The notes beneath the pieces were generated by a model that was not told where the DNA came from, searched no databases, and saw only the letters and a list, made by a program, of their open reading frames with translations. The translations under genes and the position numbers were made by a program. A DNA stretch of 64,000 bases from assembly GCF_009914755.1 (NCBI RefSeq), contig NC_060925.1; one strand, 5' to 3'. The stretch is from the human T2T-CHM13v2.0 reference genome, Homo sapiens. This document shows, piece after piece, positions 1 through 15,667 of the stretch; the stretch's first letter is position 1; each line of letters starts with the position of its first letter.

Positions 1-98
1 ACCTGCGAGGCGGAGGTTGCAGCGAGCCGAGATCGCGCCACTGCACTCCAGCCTGGGCAACAAGAGCGAGTCTCCGTCTCAAAAAAGAAAAAAAAATT
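1..98 (+). mobile_element. Alu 3' end (truncated by the window edge)
   Basis: Alu right-arm end and A tail. Confidence 0.9.
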
Positions 99-107
99 AT
101 TTTTGAA

Positions 108-433
108 GGTCGGGTACAGTGACTCACGCCTGTAATCCCAGCCCTTTGGGAGGCTGAGACGGGCAGATCACTTGAGGTCAGGAATTCGAGACCAGCCTTC
201 GTCTCTACTAAAAATACAAAAATTAGCCTGGTGGGGTGGTGGGTGCCTATAATTCCAGCTACTCAGGACGCTGAAGCAGGAGAATCGTTTGAACATGGGC
301 AGGAGAACTGTTTGAACATGGGAGGCCGAGATTGCAGTGAGCTGAGATCACACCACTACATTCCAGTCTGGGTTGACAGAGCAAGACTCTGTCTCAAAAT
401 AATAATAAATAATAATAATAATAATAAATAAAA
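108..433 (+). mobile_element. Alu with (AAT)n tail, an internal deletion and a 23-bp internal duplication
   Basis: Alu consensus; unit 276-298 is repeated at 299-321. Confidence 0.9.
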
Positions 434-579
434 AGAAATTATCTTTGAAAGAACTCATATAAGCAGGCTAAAATTAATTTGTTAATTTGTCACATTTAAA
501 ATAGTCTATTTTATTCTATATTTACAATTTTTGAAATCCTAGTTTTGGCACGTCTTGCCTCTTAAAAAATTTATATCAC

Positions 580-1600
580 CCTTTACTCGTTGGAATGGCT
601 ACTTGTTTAAAAAACAGAAAATCACAAGTGTTGGTGAGGATGTGGAGAAGGAATGCCGTGCACTGTGGGCGGAAAGGTAAAATGGTACAGCTGTTGTGGA
701 AAACGGTTTGGTGGTTCCTCAGAAAGTTAAAAATAGAACTACTGGCCGGGCGCAGTGGCTCATGCCTGTAATCCCAGCACTTTGGGAGGCCAAGGCGAGT
801 GGATCACCTGAGGTCGGGAGTTCGAGACCAGCCTGACCAACATGGAGAAACCCTGTCTCTACTAAAAATACAAAATTAGCCGGACATGGTGGCCCATGCC
901 TGTAATCCCAGCTACTCGGGAGGCTGAGGCAAGAGAATTGCTTGAAGCCAGGAAGGGAGGTTGCAGTGAGCCAAGATCATGCCATTGCACTCCAGCCTGG
1001 GCAACAAGAGCGAAACTCCATCTCAAAAAAAAAAAAAAATAGAACTATCATATGGTCTAGCAATTCTACTTCTGGTTCTATACCCAAAAGAATTGAAAGC
1101 AGGGTCTTTAAGAGATATTTGTGCACCCATGTTTATAGCAGCACTGTTCACAATCACTAAAAGGTGGACGCAACCAAGCACTCATTGACAGATGGATGGA
1201 TGAGCAAAATGCGGCAGATGCATACAGTGGAATATTATTTGGCCTTGAAAAGGAAGGAAATTCAGACACATGCTACCACATGGATGAAAGTTGAGGGCAT
1301 TAGGCTAAGTGAAATAAGCCAGACACAGAAAGACAAATATGGTATGATTTCACTTATATGAGTTACTTAAAGTAGTTAAAATCATAGAGACAAAAAGTAG
1401 AATAGTGGTTGTCAGGGGCTGGGAGGAGGCGGGAATGGGGAGTTATGGTTTCATGGGTACAGAGTTTCAGTTTCGCAAAATGAAAAGAATTCTAGAGACG
1501 GATGGTGGTGATGGTTGCGCAACAATATGAATGTACTTGACACCACTCAACTGTGCGCTTAAACATGGCTAAGAGGGTAAATTTTATGTTATGTGTATTT
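580..1600 (+). mobile_element. Old L1 (L1M-type) 3' fragment interrupted by an Alu
   Basis: L1 ORF2-end/3' UTR motifs (caagtgttggtgaggatgtggagaa; cacccatgtttatagcagcactgttcacaat). Confidence 0.85.
744..1039 (+). mobile_element. AluS inside the L1
   Basis: Full Alu; TSD aaatagaacta on both sides. Confidence 0.95.
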
Positions 1601-2338
1601 TACCAGGCAAACAAACAAACAAACAAAAAACCTGGAGGAAAAATTAGCAGCCTGTGCTATGAAAATTGCCTCAGGTGTAAGACAGTCTTGTCAGTATTGG
1701 AGCGTGCTCACAGTTGACATGTGTGAAGGACCAGGAGAGCCGGAAGAGGTCAGCAGGCTCAGGGGGTGCTGTTAGCCTGTTTCACCGACAGAAAGGCTTA
1801 ACCCCTGCGGCGCCAACTAGACCAGGAGACCTTGCCTCTCTATTATTCTCCCACTGGCTGTTGCTTATTTTTGTTAGTCCAATATTTTCCACTGCTCTCA
1901 GAGACAAAGGTAGGCAACAGTTTGCAAAATTTAGACGCTTATGTGTGCACAAAGGAAAAAAAGAAGAAAGAAAGAAAACAACAGTCTGGTGAGCTTCTGT
2001 GAAGCTTCTTAACTAGCAGGGAGGGGAATTTTCCTTTCTGGTCACGTAGGCTGCTGTCTTCGGCTTCGATTCGTAAGCCACCTCCCAAGCCCCGATTAGC
2101 CCCAGGTAGGGGACATCCCATCCCCCTAAACCTCCTTCTTGAACTGACAGTTCACCCCTAGAAGGAGGTGGGAAACCACTCAGATCCATCTCAAAGGGAT
2201 GCCTACCAGGGTAGGTGTGTGGGAGGAAGGCTGAGCCCATGCTGTGTTCAGGGGCCCCCCCAGAAGGTGTCAGCCTGGAGGAACATGCCCCACAGTTATA
2301 AAAGGCATCATTCCAGGAGCTATCATGGCGTCTGCTAG

Positions 2339-2800
<462 letters not shown>

Positions 2801-2914
2801 AGTTTTTCTCCTTTTGTCCCATCTTCCTTTTTCCTTCTCCATCTGTTCCTTTCTGCTTCTCAGAATAAGCATCTCTATCCTTAGCTTCAAATCATAAACA
2901 ACTTAGAAACAGTT

Positions 2915-3130
2915 ACTTAGCTGAGCACTGTCTCTGTGCCAGGCCCTGTGCTGAGGGCTGACATTCATTGTATCTTTGGGTCCTCACAACAGCCATATGA
3001 GATAGGTGCTATTGTGCCCATTTTATAGTTGGGGATACTGAGGCTTAGGAAAGATAAAGTAACTTGTCCAAGATCACACAGCTGGAATGTGGCAGAGCTA
3101 GGATTTGAACCTTGACAGTCTGGCTAGAAG
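2915..3130 (-). mobile_element. MIR
   Basis: cccattttatag...actgaggcttag...aagtaacttgtccaagatcacacagct core. Confidence 0.75.
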
Positions 3131-4999
3131 GGACCTTACTGATCATCTCTGTCCAAATCCTCCATAATGTACAGAAGAAAACAGGACCAGAGGCATCAAG
3201 TGACGTGTCCGAGGCCCCACAGCTAGTTAGGGGCAGTGCTGAGAACAAGAAGCTGGCCTCCTAATTCTGAGATTCTTCTTATTTAAGAAGCATTTTCCAT
3301 AGGTGGGCATCTGCTAGGCTTCTTTATCTAGAATTATTAATTCCAGGAAGCATGTGCCCTGGTCAGGCACAGAATCAGCAAAAACCCCACTGGAGACCCA
3401 AAATACCCTATATGCTCTCACCATTGCAGAATCTGTTGTGTCTGCAGGTGCAGCCTCCGGGACCCAGGACTTTCTTCTCAGGGCTCTGCTGAGTTGGGTG
3501 GGGGAGGCTGGAGGCTGCAAAATGATGACAGAGCTTGGGGCTATGATCTGGACTGGGTACCCAGAGCTAATAGGAGAAGAGGACAAGCAGGGGGACAGAA
3601 CTGAGTCAGGAGACACTTTAGACGATGGAGGGTTGGGGGATGGAGGTGGCTAGTGAATAAAACACTTCTGAAGGGTCTTTGCTGCCTGTGTTGATGGCCA
3701 TGATCAATTCGGATCCCCAGGGCCAGTTCAGCAAAACCTCTGTCAACAAATAGAGGATTTGTTTAATCTTTTCTGAAAGAGTCCGATGTTATCTAAGTGA
3801 GGACTGGCCAGGTAATTGGAACGTTCTAGAGACTGTTGGGTTGACTTGGATTTGGGGTCAATAAACATAGCGGCTCCACTACACTAGTGTGAGGAGGACC
3901 TCGGGAGAAATCGCATAGCTCCCTGGGCTGCAGTTTTCCCATCTGTGATATGGGGATAATGTCCTCACCCTGTCGACCTCATGGGGCTGCTGTGAGGGTC
4001 AGATGAGAAAATGGGTGGGGAGGTAATAATTAGTGAACAGCACCATTCAAAGCTACAGTGGTCTTATTGCTGTGTTTTCCTAATTGTATTTTGCACTGTG
4101 GCTTTACACAGCCCATGTCTCTGGATTGTTAAAAGGATCAAAAAAGATCATGAGTAGTGCATTCCTCGGCATTTTGTATCTCCTATAATTCCTGGATACA
4201 GATAAATGTTTATTAAAGAATGTGAAGGTCTCATCAAAAACCAAGCATGAGAGGCAAGACAATTATTACCTCAGATCACATACGCCTTGGATTTCAGAGC
4301 TGGAAAGAGGGTTAGAGACCTATTCCAGGACTTTACTCTACAGCAAAGCAGTCCGGGTTCCAGAGAGCCCAGGTGACTTGCCTTGGCTGGGCTGGACTCT
4401 GTTCTCTCCCCACCTGGACCTTGTGTCCGAGGAGCAGTGTTGGACCCTCAATTCAGACAAAGTGGGAAGGCAGATCCCAAGGAGGGGAGGGCTGGTGGCC
4501 CAGGTGGCTGCCTGGAAGATACCATCACTTCTCATGCTGTCTTAGGTGAACTTTCAAAGTCCAGCGTAAGAAAAAGTTTCCAGCAACAGCATTGTGGTTA
4601 GTATTGCAGGCTTTGGAGTGAGACAGTCCTGGGTTTAAATCTTGGCTGTCTACCTAGTATCTATGTGGTCTACGATATGTTACATAACCTCTCTAAGCCT
4701 CAGTTTCTTCAACTGTAAAATGAGGATATCCTGAGGTTGTTACCTTACAGTTTGCTGAGAGGAATAAATGCAATAATGGACGGGTGTGCTCACCCCAGAG
4801 CTTGGGACTGGGTAAATACTCATAAATGACAGAGGTGGGAGTAGTTGTTACAGTAACCTACCAGAGGGAAGAAGAGTGTGCTCCCGTTTAATCCTTATCA
4901 CCTACGCAGTGCTTGGCATATAGGAGCGCAACAGATGTTTCTTGAACAAACATCACTAAGTAATGCCTACTTCTGCCCTTATTCCCCCTCAGCATGTTC

Positions 5000-5605
5000 C
5001 TTGCCCAGCTGCTAGAATGATCCTGCCAAAACATATAATCATGTATCTTTTCTGCTCCAAGTCCTTGACCTCCATCTCACTTAGAGCAAAATGTCCTTCA
5101 AGCTTGTTTGCAACTGTCACTCTCTCCCCAAACCCCCAGAACTCAATACGTCTGACCTCACCTCCTACTGGCCTTCCCCTCACTCATACCACCTCTTTGC
5201 AGTTCCAGGAACATGCCAGTCTGCACTGCCACCTCCGTCTTCTCCAGGTTCCCACTTGGCTTGCTCGCTCACTTCCTTCTGGGTTTGACTAGAATGCCAC
5301 CATCTTAGCAAGGACATCCCTGCATACCCTACCCAAAACTGTATCCCCACACCACCAGCCTGACACTTCCTATGCACCTTCTCTGTGTTATTTTTCTTCT
5401 CAGCATGTATCACAACTATCTACATATTTTTCAGTTTACCTCGTTTATTGCCTGTCTCCGTCTTTAATTGTTAGTTCTATATGGGATCTGGGATTTTGTT
5501 GCTGCTGTGGTTCAGTTTGTTCATGATTGTTTCAAAAGCACCTAGACTGTTCCTGCTACATAGTAAATAATAAATATTGGTTGAATAAATAAATGAATGA
5601 ATAGC
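5000..5605 (+). mobile_element. L2 3' fragment
   Basis: L2-like body ending ...aaatattggttgaataaataaatgaatgaat. Confidence 0.65.
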
Positions 5606-8568
5606 ATTAGTAGTGGTGTTTGTGTGTTTGTTCATTTTGTATGGCAAGAATTGTGAAATAAAGCAGAAGGAAGGTAGGTAGGTAGGCAGGTAGTGAGTTG
5701 CTCATCACAGTAGTGTTCCCAGAAGTCTGGATTTCCATTCATCAAAGAAGCTATCGAGTGTGAGTTCTGTTGGAAGAGAGGTTGGACTAGATGATTTTGT
5801 AGGTATCACCAAATGTCTGACTGCTGCAACAGCTTGAGTCTGCTGGGGTCACACAAGAATCACTAGAGCCCTGCAACCCCCCTGCTCTTTGGGTCAGTAC
5901 TTGAACCTGCCTGAGAGGGGATCTGCTTAAAAGCAGCAGCTTGTCTCCGGATCCTGAAGCAAGGAGGTTTTGCATCTCTCTGGCCTTGAAGATCTCCATC
6001 CCGTGGAGAGTCTGACTCTACAGAGCGGGCAGAGAGTAGGAAGAAGGAACCTAGACGATCTCTGGCTGGGCCAAGAGAGAAATTAGCAAGGCCAGCTGAC
6101 AAACTGGGCCTCCTGCATGGGGCTGAGAAGTGGGTAAGGGTTGGGAGGGAGAAGGGACATAACCAGGGATAAGGCAAGACAAGAAGTCTAATCAGGGACT
6201 GAGTCGGTTAGAAGTTTAAGGATTGTTCCTAAATGGTTATCAGCTCCATCTGTTGGACAGCAGGCTGGTGGCAGGGGTGTGGGTGACGTGTACCACATCA
6301 CCCAGGAGATCTCCATCAGAAGGAGATAGCCCTGGAATTTAGGAATCTTTACGGGGAGGCGGGTGATGAAAAAAGCAGGCCCCGGAGAGCGGGGACACTG
6401 ACAGTGAGGGGAGACCTAGCAACCCTACTGCCAGGAGTGCATTCCAAAGAAATAGCCACAAATGTGAGCACGGATGTATGCACAGGAATGTCCACAGTGA
6501 CACTATTCATAATGCGTCCAAACATGAAGCCATCTAAATGTCTGACAAAAGACAGTGGTAAAATAAATTACGGCATTTTACAGGCACTAAAGTTGATGTA
6601 GAGACATAGTTCATGACAGGGAGAGATGACCATGATTTATTGCTAAGTAAAAAGAACAGTTACGAAATAAAATGCACATATCCAAGCCTAGAAGGACAGT
6701 CACCAACATACTAATCAGTCTTGGGGGTAACATTTTTTAAAATGATTTTTATTTTCTCTTTGTTCTTTTCTACCTTTTCCAAGTTTTCCCCAATAAGTAT
6801 GCTTTGACCTTGTAAGATATGATAAATATCATCTTTTAAAGTGTGGTGTTTTAGGTTCTCAAAGCAGAAAATAAAGTCCATTTCATTTTAAATAGGATAC
6901 AGTGAAATCGCTGACTACAGGTCCTCTTTCGCTTAGTTCTCGTTTTCTTTAGTATTCTAGGGCAGGGGAGGCTTTCTTAGTGGCAAATTACTACTTTCAG
7001 GGGGAGCATTAAATAAATAAGAAAGTAAAGGTTGTAAATGTTGTTGGTATTTGATTTGGAAACAGTATGAGTTAAAATAAGATATAGGATGAGGATGCAT
7101 CCTGGCACAACAGAAAAAGCACTGGGCTGAGAGTCAGTCCTGGGTTACAGAGCTAGAACCGCAAACTCTCCAAGGAACAAACTCAGTACTCCCTCTTCAA
7201 GGGGAACCTAACCCTATCCATAACCTGAATTCCACCTACAATATCTTTCTGGCTCAGCCACCAGCTTTGTGATTCTGCCATCTCCTTTCTGAGGGCCAGT
7301 GAAACAAAGGAGTCAAGGCAAAGGGGATCTCCAAGGTTCTTTACCCAGCACAGATTCCATGATGCCCAAGGGAGAAGAAAAAAGATGCCAAAAAAGCCTC
7401 CTTTACGGCTTGACCTCGGACTGTCCTGGCCGCATAGTTTACTGAGGGTCTAGACTTTTCTCCCTGGTTCCTGCTACAGATCTTGCTGTAGATGGGTGAT
7501 GGTGCCATAGCTTGGTCTTGGGGACCCTGGGATGTGGCATCTTCTGCCAGTCCTGTTCTGTTGTGTCTCCCCCAGTCCTGGCCAAAGGCAGTGGCTTCTG
7601 TTGCTGCTCCCGTCAAGAAGTGCCTTCCTATCCTGCCCATCTGCTCACATTTCTATCACTGCAGCTCACAGACTTCGGTTGTCTTTCACACCCCAGGTAA
7701 GATCAACTGCTAAAACCAACAATGCCTTGACATCCTTCTACATGAATCCACATCTTCCTAACATCTATTTTGGAATGCTCAGGTCCCTCAGGAGTCAGAA
7801 GAGCAGGGACACTGGGTGAGGCCAGGTGAAGAGGGCCTCAAGGGAGCTGAAGATGAGCACAGGCTTCAGGGACTGTCAAAAGAGTCTTGCGATCAGCCAC
7901 AGACAGACATGGTCACTGGCACCCTCCTCCATGGAGATGCCTCAGACACTCTATTTGGCCTTTCTACCTTTCCATTCAGTCATTCATTTTTGTAAAATGT
8001 ACAGTAATCGAAAACATTTATTACAGTGCTGCTATGGGCCTAGCTCCATCTGGGCCCATTACACACATTTTCTTTAATTATCCCAATGACCCTGCAAGGT
8101 AGGTAATCTTCATTTTATAAAGAAGAGGACAGTTTCAGAGAGGTCAAGAAACCTGCCCAAGATCACGTTGCTGGGTAGTGATAAAGCCAAAACTTTAATT
8201 TAGGTCTGATTGCCTCATGAATCTATGCTCTTTGCACTTTCTGCTGAAACTGACCTCCCTCAACCTTACCATCTAGACAGAAATGCAGATGGCGGACACA
8301 AGAGGCACTTGCAAACCAGGGACACCCAGAGTCAAGTGGTTGCTTTCTATGGTTTACGGCTGTCCTCCTTGGGAAGAACCATCCCAAAAGCCATGCGCAC
8401 ACGGGGCTCCTGAGGACATCATTTCAGCTTGTGTCAGGAAAGTGCTTAGCAGTGGATCAATTGCCAGTCTTCTGGTCAACCTAATGAGCAAAATAAAGTC
8501 AGCCTGAATTGTCCATCATGGCCTAATCATCACGGAGTGATTGATCAACACAAATGATGACTCCAATC

Positions 8569-8792
8569 CACTGGTTCTCAACCAGGGGCAGATTTTGCCC
8601 CCAGGAAACATTTGGCAACGTCTAAAGATATTTTGAGTTGTCACAACTTGGGGAGTGCTACTGTCATCTAGTGGGTAGAGGTCAGGGATGCTGCTCAACA
8701 TTCTACAATGCACAGAACAGCCTCCCTGGTGCCCACAGCCACAGAGAATTATCTGGCCCCAGGTGTTTTAGTGCAGAGGTCGAGAAACCCTG
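8569..8792. mobile_element. MER20 (hAT-Charlie DNA transposon)
   Basis: Ends cactggttctcaacc ... gagaaaccctg; 8-bp TSD ctccaatc/ctccaagc. Confidence 0.85.
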
Positions 8793-10300
8793 CTCCAAGC
8801 ATTCGATCAAGAGGGACTTGACCCAGCTGGAGACTAACCAAATACCAGAAAGAGCAGCTGTTTTATTTCTGGGAAATTGTTGCTAGGGTTAAACTGTATA
8901 GATTTAGCCACGACTGAAGGTGTCCACATCCTGTTAAGCTAGATGGTGGGCATTGTGTATTTTTTTCCAGCTGCCCTTATTCAAGAGTGGCCCCTGGAAT
9001 TTACTTAGCCTTTCTTTGGGTTAAAATCAGGAATGGAAAATTTAACCTCTAAGAGGAAAACAAACAGAAAATGAAAAGTAGGCGTAATAATGGAAGCTTA
9101 GGTGCAAATTTTAGTGCAGGGTATTCCTTCCTGTAAGGTTACTCACCCCACTCCTCCAGGCCACAGATATGCATGCACAGCCTGCCCACATGTAACTGTG
9201 CAGAGGGAGAGCTTAGATTTGAATCCAGAAGAATGGAATTCAAACCCCAACTCTACTGATAACCAATCTTGAGCAAATCACTTGCCTTCTTGAAGTTTCA
9301 GTTCCTCTGTCAGTAACAGAGGCCATACCCACACATCCCCGAGGGCTGTGGATTTTGCATACAGTAATTTACATAAAAGCACTGGCAAAACTACAAAGTG
9401 TGCCATAACTGCTCACCTGACGACAATCACACACACAGAGGGCTTCTCCTCCCTGGGGCACGTGGGTTCTCTTTATTAGATTTTTCCACATTATCACTGC
9501 CTATGTAAAGCTTCTCCTGGGTGATATTCTATTTCTTATGCTGCACTGGAGAAATATTCTCTATATCTTGAAATGGAAACGCTGAACCCAACTTATTTTA
9601 CTCATGACCTAAATGAGATTATTGCTTCCAAGAGGACAATATATCGCACTAAAATGAGAATGCTCAGGATGATTAGGTGGAGAGCATTTATGATGCAGCT
9701 TTCCATTCTCCATGTGATGAAAACTTGACATGACCCAATGCTTTATTGTCCTACAGTAATTCCTGTCACTTTTATCCAGACTCATATTGCTCTTTAATTC
9801 TAGCCTATTTTCATCTTTCCTTAACAGGACATCAGATCTTGGCTTTCACAATCAACACAGTTTCAAAGGTTATTTATAAAATAGTTTAAAATAAAATATG
9901 CCATGCTTTGATTACAACCAGCGCTTCTGGTATGAATTAGAGAGGTGGCCTGTACACATATGTGTTGTTTATTAGCTTTTATCTGATGATCTCAAAGCAC
10001 TGACATCAATTCTAACACACATGGTTTCTTATAATTACCACCCCCCTACACACACACCCATTTATGCAGGGCAGAATTATTTTGAGGACAAATGAGCTAC
10101 GTATTGTGATGTGCTGTGAGTTTCTGAGAATAGAAACTCCTATGACTAAACTCTCCATGAACAGAGCAAATCAGAGAATAACAGCAAATGCTTTTATCGC
10201 TCAGGCAGCTCAATCACATTTGGTTTTCCATTTCACTCTAGTAAGAGGGTTATCGGCCTTGAGGATACCCCCCAAGAAATGTTTGTGATTTTTGTTTTAA

Positions 10301-10812
<512 letters not shown>

Positions 10813-12019
10813 TCCTATTGTTCTTAACCAGGGGTCATACATACCCCACCTTCCTGCAATGACAAAAGAAAGTCAAGGTCATCCCTGTACATCTGTCTGG
10901 CCTATACATCTGTTTTGTAAACAAGCAGGTCTCACTAGAATTAACTTTTTTCTTAACTAAAACACACTCACACAGTTTTCCCTTGCAATTCAGGGCTGAA
11001 CCCTTCTCCAGTTCCTCAAATGCTTATTGGCTACAGAAAGCTGCAGAAAGAAATGGTCAATTCCTAGTGTCTCTTTCAAGGAGAACGTATTTGCAGCATT
11101 TCTTAACTCAGAACAGAACTGGAGCCACCCACCCCACAGGTGGAGCCCTGGCAGCTGTGACCTGGAAACACAACTGTGTTTGTTCTTCCCTCACCAGCCA
11201 AGGAGACCAGAAGGCAGGAGGGGCCAGCCACAGCTGCCACCTTTGCCTCTCCTCTTCTCAGGGTCCGTATGCCACTTCAGACCACTGTATGTGGAGCCGA
11301 GATGTCAGAGCTGGAGCAGAGAAGAGGAGCACGCAGGTAGAACTGTCTAAAATCCAAAACAAGCTCTGCCCGCTTGAATTGCCACTCAGATTCATTTCAA
11401 GACTACAAAATGTGCAGGCAATGTTTTTCTGAAGGGCAACCCCGGTGCTCCCGAGATGGGAGGCACCCTCCCTTCTGACACGCATTTATTCCATCTTCCG
11501 GAGATAAGGAGGGGACAGGGCTGGCTCAGCAACCCCACAATCTCCGTCTGGGCCAGTCATCTCAGCAGGTGCTTGACAGGCAACCAGGCTGGAAGAGAAT
11601 GCCTCTGCAGTATGCTGGAAGTGTCCTTCCCCTAATGCCACCTAATGGCAAAGCCCTGTGCATTTATTGCATGTGAACGTGTCCTCAACACCCATTGAGC
11701 CACGGTGTGGTGCACGGCCATCAGCGTTCAAAACGAATAAATTGAGCCACCCTAGAAACAACTCCCCCAGATAGTCTTGGAAGAAGCTGGGAGGCATATT
11801 CTTAGATTTAAGCAAGAAATTACAATGTTGACTCAAATCAGGATTTTTGCAAGGGACTTGTTACACTGTGCTAGGGAAGGTTCACAATCTGTCTGTACCT
11901 CTGAGGTACCATCTTTAAAAGGGTGTCTTACATTGAGTTCTGCTAGAAGCTGACCCTGAAACAAAGATTAGAGTTTAGATAGTTTATTTTGAGAGATGAT
12001 TCCAGAAACCGTTGGTAGG

Positions 12020-12473
12020 TGTTATGGGTTGAACTGTGTCCCCTCAAAAGATATTGAAGTCCTAACACCCTCTGAATGTCACCTTATTTGGAAATAGGGT
12101 GCTTTCAGATTATCAAGTTAAGATGAGGTCATTAGGGTGGGCTCTAATCCAATATGACTGGTGTCCTTATAAAAAGGGAAAAATTGGACACAGAGACAGC
12201 CATGCACACACAGGGAGAATGCAGCATGAAAATGAAGGCAGAGATTGGGATGATGCATCTACAAGCCAAGGAACACCAAAGATTGCCAGCAACCACCAGA
12301 AGCTGGGGAGAGGCTTGGGACAGATTCTCCTGCACAGCCCTCAGAAGGAACCAACCCTGCAGACACCTTGACTTTGGACTTTTAGCCTTCCGAACTGTGA
12401 GCCAATAAGGTTTTGCTCCTTAAACCACTCAGTTTGTGGCACTTTGTTAAGGCAGCCCTAGGAAATGAATACA
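12020..12473 (+). mobile_element. MaLR solo LTR (MLT1B/C-like), inserted in an older ERVL-type LTR fragment
   Basis: TG...CA ends; motif aagatgaggtcattagggtgggctctaatccaatatgactggtgtcctt; 5-bp TSD gtagg/gtaag. Confidence 0.85.
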
Positions 12474-14577
12474 GTAAGAACATGGGAAGTGAGGCAGGTG
12501 AAGGAAGGAATCATTATGAGGTTAGCTACTGTGGTTAACAACTGGAACTTCATCCTGCTGGCAAGTCCCAGGAAACTGTGGAACAGCTACCTCAGCCTTA
12601 CACAGGAGGGGTGGCAGCTTGCGTCTGCTCCTGCCGGTATTCAAAATGAACCGACTTTAGGAGGTCCCCCTGGGGCATTTGTCATCAGGCTGAGGCCATG
12701 CCCTGAATTGCAAAGTTTCCTCCTCCTCCTTTTTGCATTAAATCCTACCCATTCATATCCTACCTCCCAGGATGCTTTCCTTTAATCCTCTAGCCCAGCT
12801 TTCTCATAACTTCCTCTTAGAGCCCTCACTCTGTATTCTGCAGGTCACTTAATAGGTGTTCCCTGAAAAACCAGATGCCAAGAGGGGTGAAATTAATTTC
12901 CATTGCATTGCATAACTCTATCTTCCTCCCTTCCCCCTGGGAACGTGTAATGCACATTTGCAGACAGAAGTTTTGGAAAAGTCCTGCACTTAAACAACAA
13001 CAAACAAAACCCTTCTTCAGTGCACTTAAACTACTGTTTCCAAAATGTACATTCCTTCTTTTTTGTAGTATAGTATTAACATCTTGCTGAACATAGATTG
13101 GGGAAGAGTGCCTTTGTTATAAACGTCACTGAACACATTGTTTAGGAGCCAGGTCCTTGGGACAAGGAAGGGTGACACATCTGAGCAGGTGGCAACAGGG
13201 TCTGCCTGGGACCAGGAACCATGGGGCCAGGTGAGGACTTGGCCTGGAGGAGGGGTAGGCTACCGGTTAGGGTGCCAAAGGCCATGCCCCCCTACCCCCG
13301 CCTCTTCATCTAGCCTGAGGGTGGGAAGTGAGTTTCAGGGATGGGGTAGGGATTAGAGTCACGGCTGGTGTTTCCTGGTTTTCTGGGGCAGAAAATCCTA
13401 TTCCTACCACCAGATCTTCCCTTTGCTAATTCCCTTCTCCATGTGGCAGACAAACCTCAACTCCTCCCTCCAAGTCCGTGACAAGCAAATATGAGGGAGA
13501 CCCTTACCTCTGGGCTCCCGGGGTGCTGTGTATAGGCAATGCGGTTCATGGCGGGGGGAGCGAGGGCAGGCTGCCTGGGGCCAAAGGCTGGCTGTGCTCC
13601 TGCTAGCCATGGACCCCCAGGGCTGAATTCCCCACCTATCAAGTGGGGACATCAATAAAAGTGCCACAGGATTAGTTGACCTAATGCATGCAAACAGCAC
13701 ATAAAACAAGCCCCGGCATCACAAGTGTTCACAGTTACCACCCCTCTATCACTTTACCAGCCAGGCATATCCCTCTCCTCTAGAAATGTGAGTACTTTGA
13801 GAGCAGCAACTGTAATGCAGCCGCTGACATACAATCGCTTGCTCAGAAAATACACTGAAAGTGAATTAATGCGCAGCTATGTTCTGCATTTTATTTCTAT
13901 CTCTGATAATATTTCTGACGATGAAATGTATGATTAAAACAGGCACTCTTCACTAACAGGAAAATTACTTGTTTTTCTCTCATTGGTTTTAGTCTTCTCT
14001 CCCCAGCTGGCATAGCCTAACAGGACACACCATCACTAGTAAAGGCTAGTTTGCCTGCCAAGGCCTAAGATCAGTGGGTCACTGTCCTTATGGTTACCAT
14101 GGTCCTGGACAGTCCCAGCAGAGAAGCAGAGATGCCATTGATTTATTGGCACAAAGAGGCATTTATCTGCCTCTCCTTGTCATTAACGGGACGCTAGGGC
14201 AGTGGGGCAGTGGGAATCTCAGTTAGAATGGGCTTCATTAAAAAGCCCTTAAAAGGAAACCCTTCTAAAACCTAGCGATCAATCTTGCCTACCTTTTGGG
14301 ATCTCATCCGTTGGTGAACAACTGACAGGAAAATCTGGGCACGTCTCTATTTTTGAAAAGTTAATATATCTGTCGATTCTACAAAAATCCAATAAATGAA
14401 AATTCATACTCATGAAAACAAGTAGATTAGAAGAAGAGTCCTCACAATACCAAATAACTCACGACAGCTTTTCTTTAAATATTCTACCTATATTTACATA
14501 TTATTATAATATTCTCTTGCACAAAACCTTCCAAGGGCTTCCTCTGGTGAGTGAAGATTCCCTTGTACATAGCTGAC

Positions 14578-14750
14578 ATTTTCTTTTCTTTTTCTTTTTT
14601 TAGAGACAGGGTCTTGCTCTGTCTCCCAGCCTAGACTGCAGTGGTATGATCATAGCTCACTGCAGCCTGGAACTCCTGGGCTCAAGCAATCCTCCTGCCT
14701 CAGCCTCCTGAGTAGCTTTTTTTGTTGTTGTTGTTGTTGAGATACGGTTT
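14578..14750 (-). mobile_element. Partial AluJ/FLAM
   Basis: Single Alu arm. Confidence 0.8.
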
Positions 14751-15667
14751 ACATACCATAAGACATTGTCTGAGCCTAGATATACTAATAATACATGGTA
14801 TTTTTGTCACTTCTTCACTCATTAAACTTTTACTGAACATCTTTATAGACTAAAAGCACTCTGGCTAAATTTACTTGTATGTGTTTGCATGTATGTGTGT
14901 GTCTATAGCTTTCTTGCTGCCTGCCTGCCTGCCTGCTTCGTTTCTGAAAGGATTCAGGTGGAAGGCTAAATTCATCTTCTCTGGAAGGCAGCATGAGTGC
15001 AGCTCATGTGGGGCAAGGCACAAGGGCTGCCCCTCGCCCTCCGGCAGCCTGTTGCCCAGCAGGTAGGCAGGTCAGGGCCTATGGCACAACAGGGCAAAAA
15101 ATCTAACAACAATGGCCACTTGGCCTGCAGAAGCTGGAGTGGAGGGAGACCAAGGTAGGCTTCTCAGCAGCACTGACAGCTATCTGGTAGGGGGAGTGGG
15201 GAGGGGTTTCCTCACTGTGGGGATGATCCAATGCCTTTTTGTACCCCCTGAAACAGTTGAAAGCCATCCCCTTCATGGACAGGATGAGCTAAGGTGGCCC
15301 AGCCACCTGCAGCTCTTTTGTGGCTGTCATTCTAGTGTAGGGTCTCATCACACACACCTGAGACCCAAGTGGCTGGCTCCAGAAGTGCCATTTACTTATA
15401 ACAGGGCAGCTTGTCAGCCCAGAGGACAGGCAGCTAGAGCAAGAATCAAAAGTCCTGGGTTTAAGGGCTGAATTTGCCATTTGCTTATGACATGGCAATT
15501 TCTTGATCTGTATTATTTTTCTCTAGGGCCATCATTTCTCCCCTGGTAAAATCCAGAAGTGGAACTTGAAGGTATCTATAATACTTTCCAGGTCAAATAT
15601 TCTGAGATTCTGACATACCAGCCCAGTCCCACTCTGGTCACAGAAAATCTTCCCAGAGAGACGCCAT

